From an uncultured Erysipelotrichaceae bacterium (GTDB lineage Bacteria; Bacillota_I; Bacilli_A; Erysipelotrichales; Erysipelotrichaceae), in contig CAYWGS010000018.1 of NCBI GenBank assembly GCA_964457525.1, positions 1 to 22,102 on the forward strand: DNA of 22,102 bases. The letters run 5' to 3'. Made by a program: the position numbers and the translations under genes. This document shows positions 1 through 9,500 of the stretch, piece after piece (position 1 is the first letter of the stretch; the number at the start of each line of letters is the position of its first letter). The notes below the pieces were generated by a model. It was not told the origin of the DNA. It did not search any database and saw only the letters and a list, made by a program, of their open reading frames with translations.

Positions 1-1
1 A

Positions 2-493
2 GATATTAGTAAGGAATTAGAATCGAATCCACTTATCAAGCATATTAAACTTGATTATAAGCGATTTAATGAGTTGGACGTATTTATAGAAGAGAATAGA
101 GTATTGGCTTACTTAAATGATTTAAATAGTGTTTTACTAGAGAATGGTAAACTATATTCATTTAATGATTATCAATCGATATCCCTTAAAGAGCTTATTG
201 TTGTTAGTGGTTACCAAAATGAATTAGAATATTTAAAACTTAAAGATGTTCTATCCGAACTTAAGGAAAGTACAATATTACTTATTTCAGAGATTATTCA
301 AGAAGAGAAAAGTTATGATAAGTTCTATGCTAAACTAATTATGTATGATGGAATTATCGTTTATTCATCACTAAATACATTAAAAGTTTTAGATGATTAT
401 GCAGCGATTCGAAGTGCTTTAAATCCAGAACATCACTGTATAGCCATTGACGAAATCAAATCAGTACCGTATAGTTTTTCTTGTTTACCGTGA
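2..493 (+). CDS. Cell-division protein DivIB/FtsQ-like, C-terminal part (5' end lies outside the window)
   Basis: The reading frame is open from the window edge (DISKELESNPLIKHIKLDYKRFNELDVFIEENRVLAYL...), so the TTG start at 74 in the ORF track is probably internal. The pattern ...LDVFIEENRVLAYLNDLNSVLLENGKLY resembles the POTRA/beta region of B. subtilis DivIB (..INIAIEEYKAIAYLEKDDVYYEVLENGSVL), recalled from memory. Stop TGA at 491-493. Confidence 0.45.
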   Translation, partial: DISKELESNPLIKHIKLDYKRFNELDVFIEENRVLAYLNDLNSVLLENGKLYSFNDYQSISLKELIVVSGYQNELEYLKLKDVLSELKESTILLISEIIQEEKSYDKFYAKLIMYDGIIVYSSLNTLKVLDDYAAIRSALNPEHHCIAIDEIKSVPYSFSCLP

Positions 494-497
494 ATTT

Positions 498-525
498 TTG
501 AATTAAATGTAATATTTGATATAAT
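498..525 (+). promoter_or_regulatory. Sigma-A type promoter for the yloU-fakA unit
   Basis: TTGAAT (498-503), 16-nt spacer, extended -10 TGaTATAAT (517-525). It is followed by SD AAAGGAG (537-543), 6 nt before the ATG at 550. Confidence 0.55.
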
Positions 526-549
526 GAAAATGCAACAAAGGAGAAAAAT

Positions 550-909
550 ATGTCAATCGAGCGATCAACGCAATTAGGTAATATCAATATAAGTCATGAA
601 GCAATCGCTAGTCTCGCTGGAGGGGTTGTTACTGAATGTTATGGCGTTGTGGGTATGGCATCTCAAAAGGTATTAAAAGATGGGATTGCTGAACTCTTAA
701 AAAAAGAGAACTACAGTAAAGGTGTTTTAGTAAGAGAAAGTAATCAAGGTTTAGAACTTGATTTATACATTATTATTGGTTTTGGTGTTAAGATTTCAGA
801 AGTAGTTAATGAAGTTCAAAAGAAATGTAAATATGTTCTTGAGAAATCACTTGATTTAAAATTTAGTGGAATCAATGTGTATGTTCAAGGCGTTAGAATG
901 ATTGGTTAG
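550..909 (+). CDS. yloU: Asp23/Gls24 family (alkaline shock protein-like) protein, YloU-type
   Basis: 119 aa. The N-terminus (...INISHEAIASLAGGVVTECYGVVGMAS...) and C-terminus (...KISEVVNEVQKKCKYVLEKSL...INVYVQGVR) are typical of the Asp23 family. Strong SD. Conserved position immediately upstream of the DAK2 gene and recG, as in Bacillus and Staphylococcus. Confidence 0.85.
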   Translation: MSIERSTQLGNINISHEAIASLAGGVVTECYGVVGMASQKVLKDGIAELLKKENYSKGVLVRESNQGLELDLYIIIGFGVKISEVVNEVQKKCKYVLEKSLDLKFSGINVYVQGVRMIG

Positions 910-916
910 GTGCAAA

Positions 917-2545
917 ATGAATAAAATAGATGGTTCTTTATTTAAGTCAATGTTGGTTAGTGGTGCAAACAATTTAACCAATCACCACCATGAAGTTGAT
1001 GCTTTAAATGTTTTTCCTGTGCCAGATGGTGATACCGGAACAAATATGAATTTAACATTTACAGCAGGTGTTAAAGATACACAAGCTGTGTTATCAATGA
1101 ATGTTGGGGATATCGCAAAAGTTTTATCAAAAGGTTTATTGATGGGGGCTCGTGGTAACTCTGGTGTAATTCTTTCTCAAATATTTAGAGGCTTTTATCA
1201 GAGTGTTGATGGCAAAGCTGAATTAGATGCGAAGGATTTTGCGCAAGCATTTGTTAAAGGTACAGAGATTGCTTATAAAGCAGTTATGCGTCCTGTTGAA
1301 GGAACAATCCTAACTGTATTAAGAGAAAGCAGTAAACAAGCTTTTGATTTCTTAGAAACCTATCCAAATAAGGATATTCTTGAGTATTTTGATTTCTTAA
1401 TTGCTTCAGCTCATGAATCATTGTTAAGAACACCTGATTTACTTCCAGTATTAAAAGAAGTAGGTGTTGTTGATAGTGGTGCATTTGGATATATCAAAAT
1501 TCTAGAAGGATTTAGACTCGGTTTAAAAGGTACTCCTGTTACTTTATTAGAAAATATTGAAACAACAGAAGGTGTACAAAAAAATTTAGAAAATGAAGAA
1601 TTTGGTTATTGTACTGAATTTATCGTTCGTCTAAATAGTGAAACCATCAATGGGTTTAAAGAAGATGAATTAAGAGATCGTTTATCAAGAATTGGTGATT
1701 CATTAGTTGTTGTTCAAGATGAAGAAATCGTTAAAGTTCATGTTCATACGCTTACTCCAGGTGATGCACTCAATATTGGTCAACGTTATGGTGAGTTTGT
1801 TAAGCTTAAGATTGAAAACATGCAGGAACAACATGATCATCTTGCTCATATGAAGAATGATCCTGTAAAACCAAAACAAGAAAAGAAGAAATATGCCATT
1901 ATTGCGGTAGCGGCTGGTGATGGGGTTAAGGAATTGTTTGAATCTTATCGCGTTGATGTTGTGATTAGCGGTGGTCAAACCATGAATCCTTCAACTGAAG
2001 ATTTTGTAGCTGCAATTCAATCATTAAATGCTGAACATATCTTTGTGTTACCAAATAATTCCAATATTATCTTAGCTGCTCAACAAGCTGAATCATTGAT
2101 TGAAGATATGGATGTTAGAGTGTTACCAACAAAGAGTATTCCTCAAGGGTTAAGCGCATGTATTATGTTTAATCCTGAAGTTGATGTTGAGGATAATGTT
2201 AATGAAATGACAGCTGCATTTAAGAATGTTAAAACTGCTATGGTTACCTATGCGATTAAAGACACAAGCTTTGAAGGTGTTGATATTAGCGCTGGTGACT
2301 ATATGGGTATTCTTGAAAAGACGATTGTCTGCAGTACAAAAGATAAATTAGATGCGACGAAGGAGTTATTAAGACAATCAATCAGTGATGATGATGGATT
2401 AGTAACAATCTTAGTTGGTGAAGATGTTAGTGATGAGGAACAAAGCATGATTGAAGAATTTATTTCAACAGAATTCGATCATTGTGAAGTTGAGATAACG
2501 AAAGGGTTACAGCCTGTTTATTCCTTTATCTTTGGTATCGAATAA
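917..2545 (+). CDS. fakA: DAK2-domain protein YloV / fatty acid kinase catalytic subunit FakA-like
   Basis: N-terminal DAK2 signature (ALNVFPVPDGDTGTNMNLT, ...GARGNSGVILSQ). About 540 aa, with the conserved Asp23-DAK2-recG context. Start moved to the ATG at 917 (SD AGGTG at 908-912); the TTG at 902 in the track overlaps the yloU stop and has no SD. Confidence 0.8.
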   Translation: MNKIDGSLFKSMLVSGANNLTNHHHEVDALNVFPVPDGDTGTNMNLTFTAGVKDTQAVLSMNVGDIAKVLSKGLLMGARGNSGVILSQIFRGFYQSVDGKAELDAKDFAQAFVKGTEIAYKAVMRPVEGTILTVLRESSKQAFDFLETYPNKDILEYFDFLIASAHESLLRTPDLLPVLKEVGVVDSGAFGYIKILEGFRLGLKGTPVTLLENIETTEGVQKNLENEEFGYCTEFIVRLNSETINGFKEDELRDRLSRIGDSLVVVQDEEIVKVHVHTLTPGDALNIGQRYGEFVKLKIENMQEQHDHLAHMKNDPVKPKQEKKKYAIIAVAAGDGVKELFESYRVDVVISGGQTMNPSTEDFVAAIQSLNAEHIFVLPNNSNIILAAQQAESLIEDMDVRVLPTKSIPQGLSACIMFNPEVDVEDNVNEMTAAFKNVKTAMVTYAIKDTSFEGVDISAGDYMGILEKTIVCSTKDKLDATKELLRQSISDDDGLVTILVGEDVSDEEQSMIEEFISTEFDHCEVEITKGLQPVYSFIFGIE

Positions 2546-2570
2546 AGGGCAATTAGCCCTTTTATTTTAT
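2544..2570 (+). terminator. Rho-independent terminator-like hairpin after fakA
   Basis: AAAGGGC (2544-2550), loop AATTA, GCCCTTT (2556-2562), followed by TATTTTAT. The stem begins inside the fakA TAA stop (2543-2545). The T-tract abuts the recG ATG. Confidence 0.6.
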
Positions 2571-4559
2571 ATGGAACTTAATAAAATAAAACTGACAAAA
2601 CGATTAACTGAAAAACTCAATGAAGCAGGCTTTTATACTGTTGAGTCTTTAATATGGAATTTTCCATATCGATACGAAGAAGTAACTTTAAGGCCTTATT
2701 CAGAATGGAAAATAGGTGATAAAGTTTGGTTAGAAGGAACGATTGAAGAACCATTTAAATTACTAAGACTACCAAAAAATAGAACAGTAACTCGGTTTAT
2801 GTTCCAATCAAATCAAGGGTTATTTCAAGTAAGCATTTTTAATCGGCCGTGGTTAAAATCAAACATGAGAATAAGCTTACAAGCTCGTTATGATGGAAAT
2901 AATACGCTTGTAGGTTTGAATTATAATACACATCCGTTAATGGAACAGATTGGAATTATTCCTGTTTATTCACTTAAGAAGGAATTAAGCCAAAAAGATT
3001 TGATTCAAGCGGTAGGTAAGAGTTTAGAGCATTTTGATGAATGTAAGTTTATGGATATTCCAATAGAATATCGAACAAGATATAAACTACTTAACTTAAA
3101 ACAAGCACTCATTCAAATACATCAACCTAGTTCAATGAATGCGATTGTTCAAGCGAAACGAACATTGAAATATGAAGAATTCTTACGATTCCAAACAAAA
3201 TTACAATTAAATAGAGAAGTTAATTTTGGTCAAATGTTTGGTAAGAGTAAGATTTTTGATCGAAGAATTATCCAAAAATGGATGGATCAATTACCATTCA
3301 AATTAACATTAGACCAAGTTAATGTAATGAATGAGATTCTAGATGATTTACAATCTAAACATCGCATGAATCGATTATTACAAGGGGATGTAGGTAGTGG
3401 TAAAACCGTTATTGCGGCTTTAGCCATGTATGCGACTGTTTTATCACATTATCAAGCTGCTTTATTAGTTCCAACCGAAATCTTAGCAAAACAACATTTT
3501 GTAAGCATTAAGAGTTATTTGCCTAAAGATTGTCGAATCGAAGTACTCTATTCTTCACTTACCCCTCAGCAAAAAAGAAATATATTAGAACGATTAAAAA
3601 ACAATGAAATTGATGTACTAATTGGTACTCACGCGATCATACAAGAAGGCGTACAATTCTATAATTGTGGTTTAGTTGTGGCTGATGAACAACATCGTTT
3701 TGGTGTTGAACAACGTCGTATGTTAAGTGATAAAGGGGATAAGGTTGATTTCCTCTTAATGAGTGCTACGCCAATTCCACGTACACTCGCGTCTGTTTTG
3801 TTTAATGATTTAAGCATTTCTACCATCATGTCTTATCATTCATCAAAGAAACTAATAAAGACTGAAGTTGTTAAATCAAATAGTATTAAACCAATCTTGC
3901 CTCAAATTATGGATCGATTGAATCAAAATGATCAAATCTATTTTGTATGTCCAAGTATTGAACATGATGAGAATCGTCCAGTAAAAAGTGTCGAGCAAAT
4001 CTATACAGCATTAAAAAAAGGCTTACCAAGTAATATTCGAATTGGTATGTTACATGGGAAACAATCACAAGATGAGAAAGATCGAGTATTAAGTGAATTC
4101 CAGAATCATTCCATTGATTGTTTAGTTACGACAACTGTTATTGAAGTAGGCGTTAACATTCAATCCGCAAACACTATGGTTATTTATGATAGTGATCGAT
4201 TTGGTCTTTCTCAACTTCATCAATTAAGAGGTCGAGTTGGAAGAGGGGAAGTAGAAGGTTTATGTTTCTTATTAACGGATTCCGAAGATGAATTAAGTTT
4301 GGAAAGATTAGAGGTTCTAGAAAATAGTTTAGATGGATTTGAAATTGCGAATAAAGATTTAGAATTAAGAGGACCTGGTGAAATATTTGGTTTAAGACAA
4401 TCGGGTATTCCAAGTTTCTTAATCGCAAATGTTGTTTTAGATCAAGCTATTTTGGTGACAGCACAAAAAGATAGTAATGAAATAATAAAGGATCAAGCGC
4501 ATTTTAAACTATGGATTGATTATTGTTTAAAAGACCTTGATAATCAAAGATTGGATTAG
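2571..4559 (+). CDS. recG: ATP-dependent DNA helicase RecG
   Basis: Helicase motifs LQGDVGSGKT (Walker A), VADEQHRFGV (DEQH box), LMSATPIPRTL and QLHQLRGRVGRG. N-terminal ...NFPYRYEE wedge-domain region. Start set at the ATG at 2571 (MELNKIKL...); the TTG at 2532 lies inside fakA and has no SD. Confidence 0.9.
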   Translation: MELNKIKLTKRLTEKLNEAGFYTVESLIWNFPYRYEEVTLRPYSEWKIGDKVWLEGTIEEPFKLLRLPKNRTVTRFMFQSNQGLFQVSIFNRPWLKSNMRISLQARYDGNNTLVGLNYNTHPLMEQIGIIPVYSLKKELSQKDLIQAVGKSLEHFDECKFMDIPIEYRTRYKLLNLKQALIQIHQPSSMNAIVQAKRTLKYEEFLRFQTKLQLNREVNFGQMFGKSKIFDRRIIQKWMDQLPFKLTLDQVNVMNEILDDLQSKHRMNRLLQGDVGSGKTVIAALAMYATVLSHYQAALLVPTEILAKQHFVSIKSYLPKDCRIEVLYSSLTPQQKRNILERLKNNEIDVLIGTHAIIQEGVQFYNCGLVVADEQHRFGVEQRRMLSDKGDKVDFLLMSATPIPRTLASVLFNDLSISTIMSYHSSKKLIKTEVVKSNSIKPILPQIMDRLNQNDQIYFVCPSIEHDENRPVKSVEQIYTALKKGLPSNIRIGMLHGKQSQDEKDRVLSEFQNHSIDCLVTTTVIEVGVNIQSANTMVIYDSDRFGLSQLHQLRGRVGRGEVEGLCFLLTDSEDELSLERLEVLENSLDGFEIANKDLELRGPGEIFGLRQSGIPSFLIANVVLDQAILVTAQKDSNEIIKDQAHFKLWIDYCLKDLDNQRLD

Positions 4560-4573
4560 GGTATAATAGAACT

Positions 4574-5257
4574 ATGAATTTAAATCAATGGTTAAAAAAA
4601 CACGATATTCAAGTTAATGACATTCATCTCATTGAGTGTGCTTTTGTGCATCGTTCATACTTACATGAACATCCCAATTCATATTCAGAAGATAATCAAC
4701 GTTTAGAATTTATGGGTGATGCGGTTTTACAATTGTGGACAGCATCTTACTTATTTAAACTCTCACCTAAAATGACTGAAGGTGATATGACAAAGTTAAG
4801 ATCAAAAATCGTTTGTGAAAGCTCACTTGCTAAAATTGCGCTTGATTTAGGGTTGAATCAGTTTCTTAAATTAGGCCATGGTGAGATTATTGATCAAGGC
4901 CAATTGAGAGACTCTACTGTTGCGGATATGTTCGAAGCTTTTCTTGGCGCAATTTATCTGGATTCAGGTTATCAATTCATTGATCCATTACTTGAGAAGA
5001 TATTTAAAGATTTAAGTGAGTTTGAGAATTATAATCGTATTATTGATTATAAGACTGAATTACAAGAATATGTTCAAGCCGATAATAAACGTACAATTAC
5101 CTATGTTTTGATAAGTGTTGAAGGTCCATCTAATCAGAGGATATTTGAAACAGCTGTACAAATTGATGGTATTACATATGGTAAAGGTAAAGGTAGTTCT
5201 AAAAAGAGATCTGAACAAGCAGCGGCTAAAGAAGCTTTAACAAAATTAGTGAAATGA
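4574..5257 (+). CDS. rnc: Ribonuclease III
   Basis: RNase III signature NQRLEFMGDAVLQL, catalytic ...VADMFEAFLGAIYLD, and a C-terminal dsRBD (...GKGSSKKRSEQAAAKEALTKL). 227 aa. Confidence 0.95.
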   Translation: MNLNQWLKKHDIQVNDIHLIECAFVHRSYLHEHPNSYSEDNQRLEFMGDAVLQLWTASYLFKLSPKMTEGDMTKLRSKIVCESSLAKIALDLGLNQFLKLGHGEIIDQGQLRDSTVADMFEAFLGAIYLDSGYQFIDPLLEKIFKDLSEFENYNRIIDYKTELQEYVQADNKRTITYVLISVEGPSNQRIFETAVQIDGITYGKGKGSSKKRSEQAAAKEALTKLVK

Positions 5258-5264
5258 GGTTAGT

Positions 5265-6560
5265 ATGAACTTAGATTTATATACTGAAACAGTTGGTTTA
5301 AGTTATGAAGAAGCAATTAAAGAAGCAGAACGTTGCTTAAACTGTAAGCATAAGCCTTGTGTAGATGGTTGTGTAGCGCATATGGAAATACCTTCAATGA
5401 TTAAAGCGTTTTTAGAAGGAAGAGGAGAAGAAGCTAAACAAATAGCAGAATCAAAAAATAGTTTTCCTGAAATATGCGGTCGAGTATGTTACCAAGATAT
5501 TCAATGTGAAGCAAAGTGTGTTCGCATGAAAATGAATGCACCGGTTAAGATTGGGTTGATAGAACGATTTATTGGAGATCACTATTCTTCAAACAAGAAA
5601 ATAGAAAATGAGAATTCAATTAATGTCGCAATTATAGGAAGTGGTCCTTCTGGTCTTTCTTGTGCTCTTACACTTAGACAAGCGGGTTTTAATGTGACTG
5701 TATTTGAAAAGAAATCAATACTAGGTGGGGTATTAAAATTTGGTATTCCACCATATCGTTTGCCTAACAATGTTGTTGATAATAGAATCGAAGAATTAAT
5801 GGATTTAGGTGTCAAATTTCAAGTAGAAGAGAATTTCGGTCGTACGCGTGACTATATGTCGTTATTTAACGAAGGTTTTGATGCAATGTATCTTGCGATG
5901 GGTGCATCTAAACAAAACTTCTCCAAAATTGAAGGATCAGATCATCCAAAGCTAATTGGTTGGAAACAATTCCTTAGCATTTTAAATATCGGTGAAGATT
6001 CTTTCCATGAGCATTTTAAACATATAAAACGCTTATGTGTTGTTGGTGGTGGAAATGTTGCGATGGATGTATCGATTAGTGCAGCGAAATTTGGTATTGA
6101 AACGCATTTAATCTATCGTAGAACAATTGATTTAATGCCTGCACGAAAAGCAGAGATAGAAGAATGCCTACATTTAGGGGTTAAAGTCCATGAGTTGGTG
6201 GATCCTATTGCAGTGTATGATAATGAGGATCAATTACATGTTAAATGTAAACGCACTAAACTCGTTAAGGTTGATGAATTTGATCGTGGTACGATTGTCG
6301 ATGATGAAGGATTCTTCGAATTGGACTGTGATTTAATGGTTATGGCAATTGGGTCAAGTGTTAAACGTCTTAACTTTGATGGATTAGCTTTAGATTCACA
6401 AGGACGTATAATTGTTAACGAACAATATGAAACCAATATTGATCGTGTTTACGCTGCTGGTGATATTGTGAGTGGTACAAAAACAGTCATACATGCTTTA
6501 TCTGCTGGAAAGTTAGCAGCACAATCTATTATTAATAGATTTAGTAAGGGAAATGAATGA
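5265..6560 (+). CDS. GltD/NfnB/SudA-like NAD(P)H-dependent Fe-S flavoprotein oxidoreductase (glutamate synthase small-subunit family)
   Basis: N-terminal Cys motifs CLNCKHKPCVDGC and CGRVCYQDIQCEAKC (two [4Fe-4S]-type clusters). Two Rossmann motifs, VAIIGSGPSGLSCA and CVVGGGNVAMDVS. C-terminal YAAGDIVSG...VIHALSAGKLAA. SD GAGGT at 5256-5260. The stop overlaps the polC start (ATGA at 6557-6560). Confidence 0.8.
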   Translation: MNLDLYTETVGLSYEEAIKEAERCLNCKHKPCVDGCVAHMEIPSMIKAFLEGRGEEAKQIAESKNSFPEICGRVCYQDIQCEAKCVRMKMNAPVKIGLIERFIGDHYSSNKKIENENSINVAIIGSGPSGLSCALTLRQAGFNVTVFEKKSILGGVLKFGIPPYRLPNNVVDNRIEELMDLGVKFQVEENFGRTRDYMSLFNEGFDAMYLAMGASKQNFSKIEGSDHPKLIGWKQFLSILNIGEDSFHEHFKHIKRLCVVGGGNVAMDVSISAAKFGIETHLIYRRTIDLMPARKAEIEECLHLGVKVHELVDPIAVYDNEDQLHVKCKRTKLVKVDEFDRGTIVDDEGFFELDCDLMVMAIGSSVKRLNFDGLALDSQGRIIVNEQYETNIDRVYAAGDIVSGTKTVIHALSAGKLAAQSIINRFSKGNE

Positions 6561-9500
6561 ATATACAGGATTTGATTCAAAAGCTGAATATTAAACCGAT
6601 TGATCGAGTATTTTTTCAAGATGCTCAGCTTAACTTTGTTAAATTTTATCAAGCTAAAAAGTATGTTGAAATTGAAATACAACTCAAACAAGTTTTACCT
6701 TACTTGCTTTATAATCAAGTTCTTAACTCAATAAAAGATTTTATTAAATTAGATACGCACTTATTAATACAAGCAAATGATTGTGATTTAGCTCATAAAG
6801 ATTTACAACTTTATGTTAACTATGTTACTGAGATTTATCATTTAAATGAAATAGAACAAAACAAGTTGTGCCTTCTTGAAGATGATGTTCTTTATTTTAT
6901 TGTGGATCAAGATAAAGTGTCTGATAGTTATAAAAATCAATTAAACCAACTACAAACAGGATTAAGTCATTTTGGGATTAAATATGTTTGTAAAACAAGA
7001 GTTAAAAAAGATGAACCAATTGAGATTGAATCTATTCCACAAACACAGAAAATTGAACCTGAATTTAATAAGACGCAAGTAAAGAATCGACGCGTTAAAA
7101 AAGAAGACAGTGAACTAGTTGATTTAAAAGACTGTATATTAGGGCAAAGAGGGATTCGAGTTAGAGGTAAGATTTTTCAAATTGATAGTCAATGGATAAA
7201 GAACAATACAACTTTAAGACAAACTGTCTATATTTTTGATGAAACAGACGCGATTTCATTTAGTCAATTTTTAGACGATAAAAGTCAGATTGAAAAGTTT
7301 AGTCTATTAAATAAAGGTGAATGTATCGAAGTTTATGGAGATGTTGTGTATGACAACTTCTCAAAAGATCTTCAAATTCAAGTAAAAGATGTAAAGCTAA
7401 TACCGGATTGGATGGTTCGTAGAGATGAAGCAAATGATAAACGTATCGAACTTCATTTACATACAAATATGTCTGAAATGGACGGTGTTAGTACGATTGA
7501 ATCTTACATCAATCAAGCGTATGTTTGGGGACATAGTGCAATCGCAATAACGGATCATCACTCTGTACAAGCATATCCTAAAGCACAAAAAGCAGTAGAA
7601 GGATTAATTAAAAAGAATCCAACTCGTCCATTTAAGATGATTTATGGAATCGAGTTTAATATGGTAGAGTCAAAATATACAATCGTGACAAATCCAAAAG
7701 GGCAGGATTTACATCATTCAACCTATGTTGTCCTTGACTTAGAAACCACTGGATTATCCAATGAATTTGATCGAATTATTGAGTTTGCGGCAATCAAAGT
7801 TCAGTCCGGTATGATTGTTGATCGTATTCAGATGTTTGTAAATCCACATCAAAATTTAAGCGCATTTATAACTGAAAAAACACATATCAAGCAAAGTGAT
7901 GTGAATGAAGCAAAATCAATTGAAGATGTAATAACTACTTGGCTTGATTTTATGGAAGATCATATTTTACTAGCACATAATGCTCAATTTGATATTGGGT
8001 TTATTAATGCGAATTTAGAACGTTTAAATCTACCTAAATTAACAAATACAGTAATTGATACATTAGATTTATCAAAAGCTCTATTAAAGGATAAGAAATA
8101 TTATCGACTAGGTGTAATCGCTAAACATTATAAGATTTCTTATGATGAATCAGGTGCACATCGTGCGGATTATGATACAGAAGTATTGCATCAGGTCTTT
8201 AATAAGATGTTGTTATCGGATGAGTTATCCAATATGAAGACTGTTGATGAATTGAATAATCTTGATCATAGTTTGGCTTATCAAAAGAATATGAAGAAAC
8301 ATATTAACTTATTAGCCAAAAACCAATCTGGATTAAAAGATTTATTTAAATTAGTTACGATAGCACATACTGAGAGATTAACGAACTCATCGAGTACAAA
8401 GAGCGAGAATGATGGTAGTATAAGCGAACCGAGAATTTGTCGTGAAGATATTCAAAAACATAGAACAAACTTGCTTGTTGGTAGTTCTTGTTTTAATGGT
8501 GAGATATTTGAAATAGCTGCTAATCGTAGTCAAGATGAATTAGTGGCTGCGATGAATTTTTATGATTATATCGAGATTCAACCTCTTGAGAACTATCGAC
8601 CATTAATTGAGAATAATTCAGTTGTGAGTGAATCACGATTAAAAGAAATTATTTTACGTATTATTCATACGGCAATTGAATATAACAAATTATTAGTTGC
8701 GACAGGGGATGCGCATTATTTAAATCCGATTGATAAACGTTTAAGAGATGTTTATATTCAAGCAAAGGGTGTTGGGGCTGGTAGACATCCACTCTATATT
8801 TACAATGAACAGAGACGTCAAATCACTGTTTCACCTGATCAACATCTAAGAACAACACAAGAGATGTTAGATGCGTTTAATTTTATTGACAAAGAATTGG
8901 CTTATCGACTAGTTATTACGAATCCCAAAATTATTGTGAATCAAGTTGAACCAGTTAAAGCAATTAAGAGTGAATTATATACTCCAAGTATTGAAGGTGC
9001 AGATGATAATCTTAGAAAGATTGTCTATGAGAATGCCCATGCACGTTATGGTAATCCATTACCAGAGTTGATTTACAATCGAATAGAGAAAGAACTTAAT
9101 TCAATCATTACTCATGGGTTTGGCGTTATTTATTATATTGCTCACTTGCTCGTTAAGAAGTCCATTGATGATGGTTATATGGTAGGTTCCCGTGGTTCCG
9201 TTGGGTCATCACTCGTTGCGACATTATCCAATATTACTGAAGTTAATCCATTAGCACCTCATTATGTTTGTCCTTCTTGCCATCATACAGAATTTATTCA
9301 AGATGGATCTTCAGATAGTGGATTTGATTTACCAAATAAATTGTGCCCAAAATGTGATACAACAATGAATATGGATGGACATGATATACCATTTGAAACC
9401 TTCTTAGGCTTTGAAGGAGATAAAGTACCTGATATCGATTTAAACTTTTCAGGTGATTATCAAGATAAGGCACATGCTTATACAAAGGTGCTCTTTGGTG

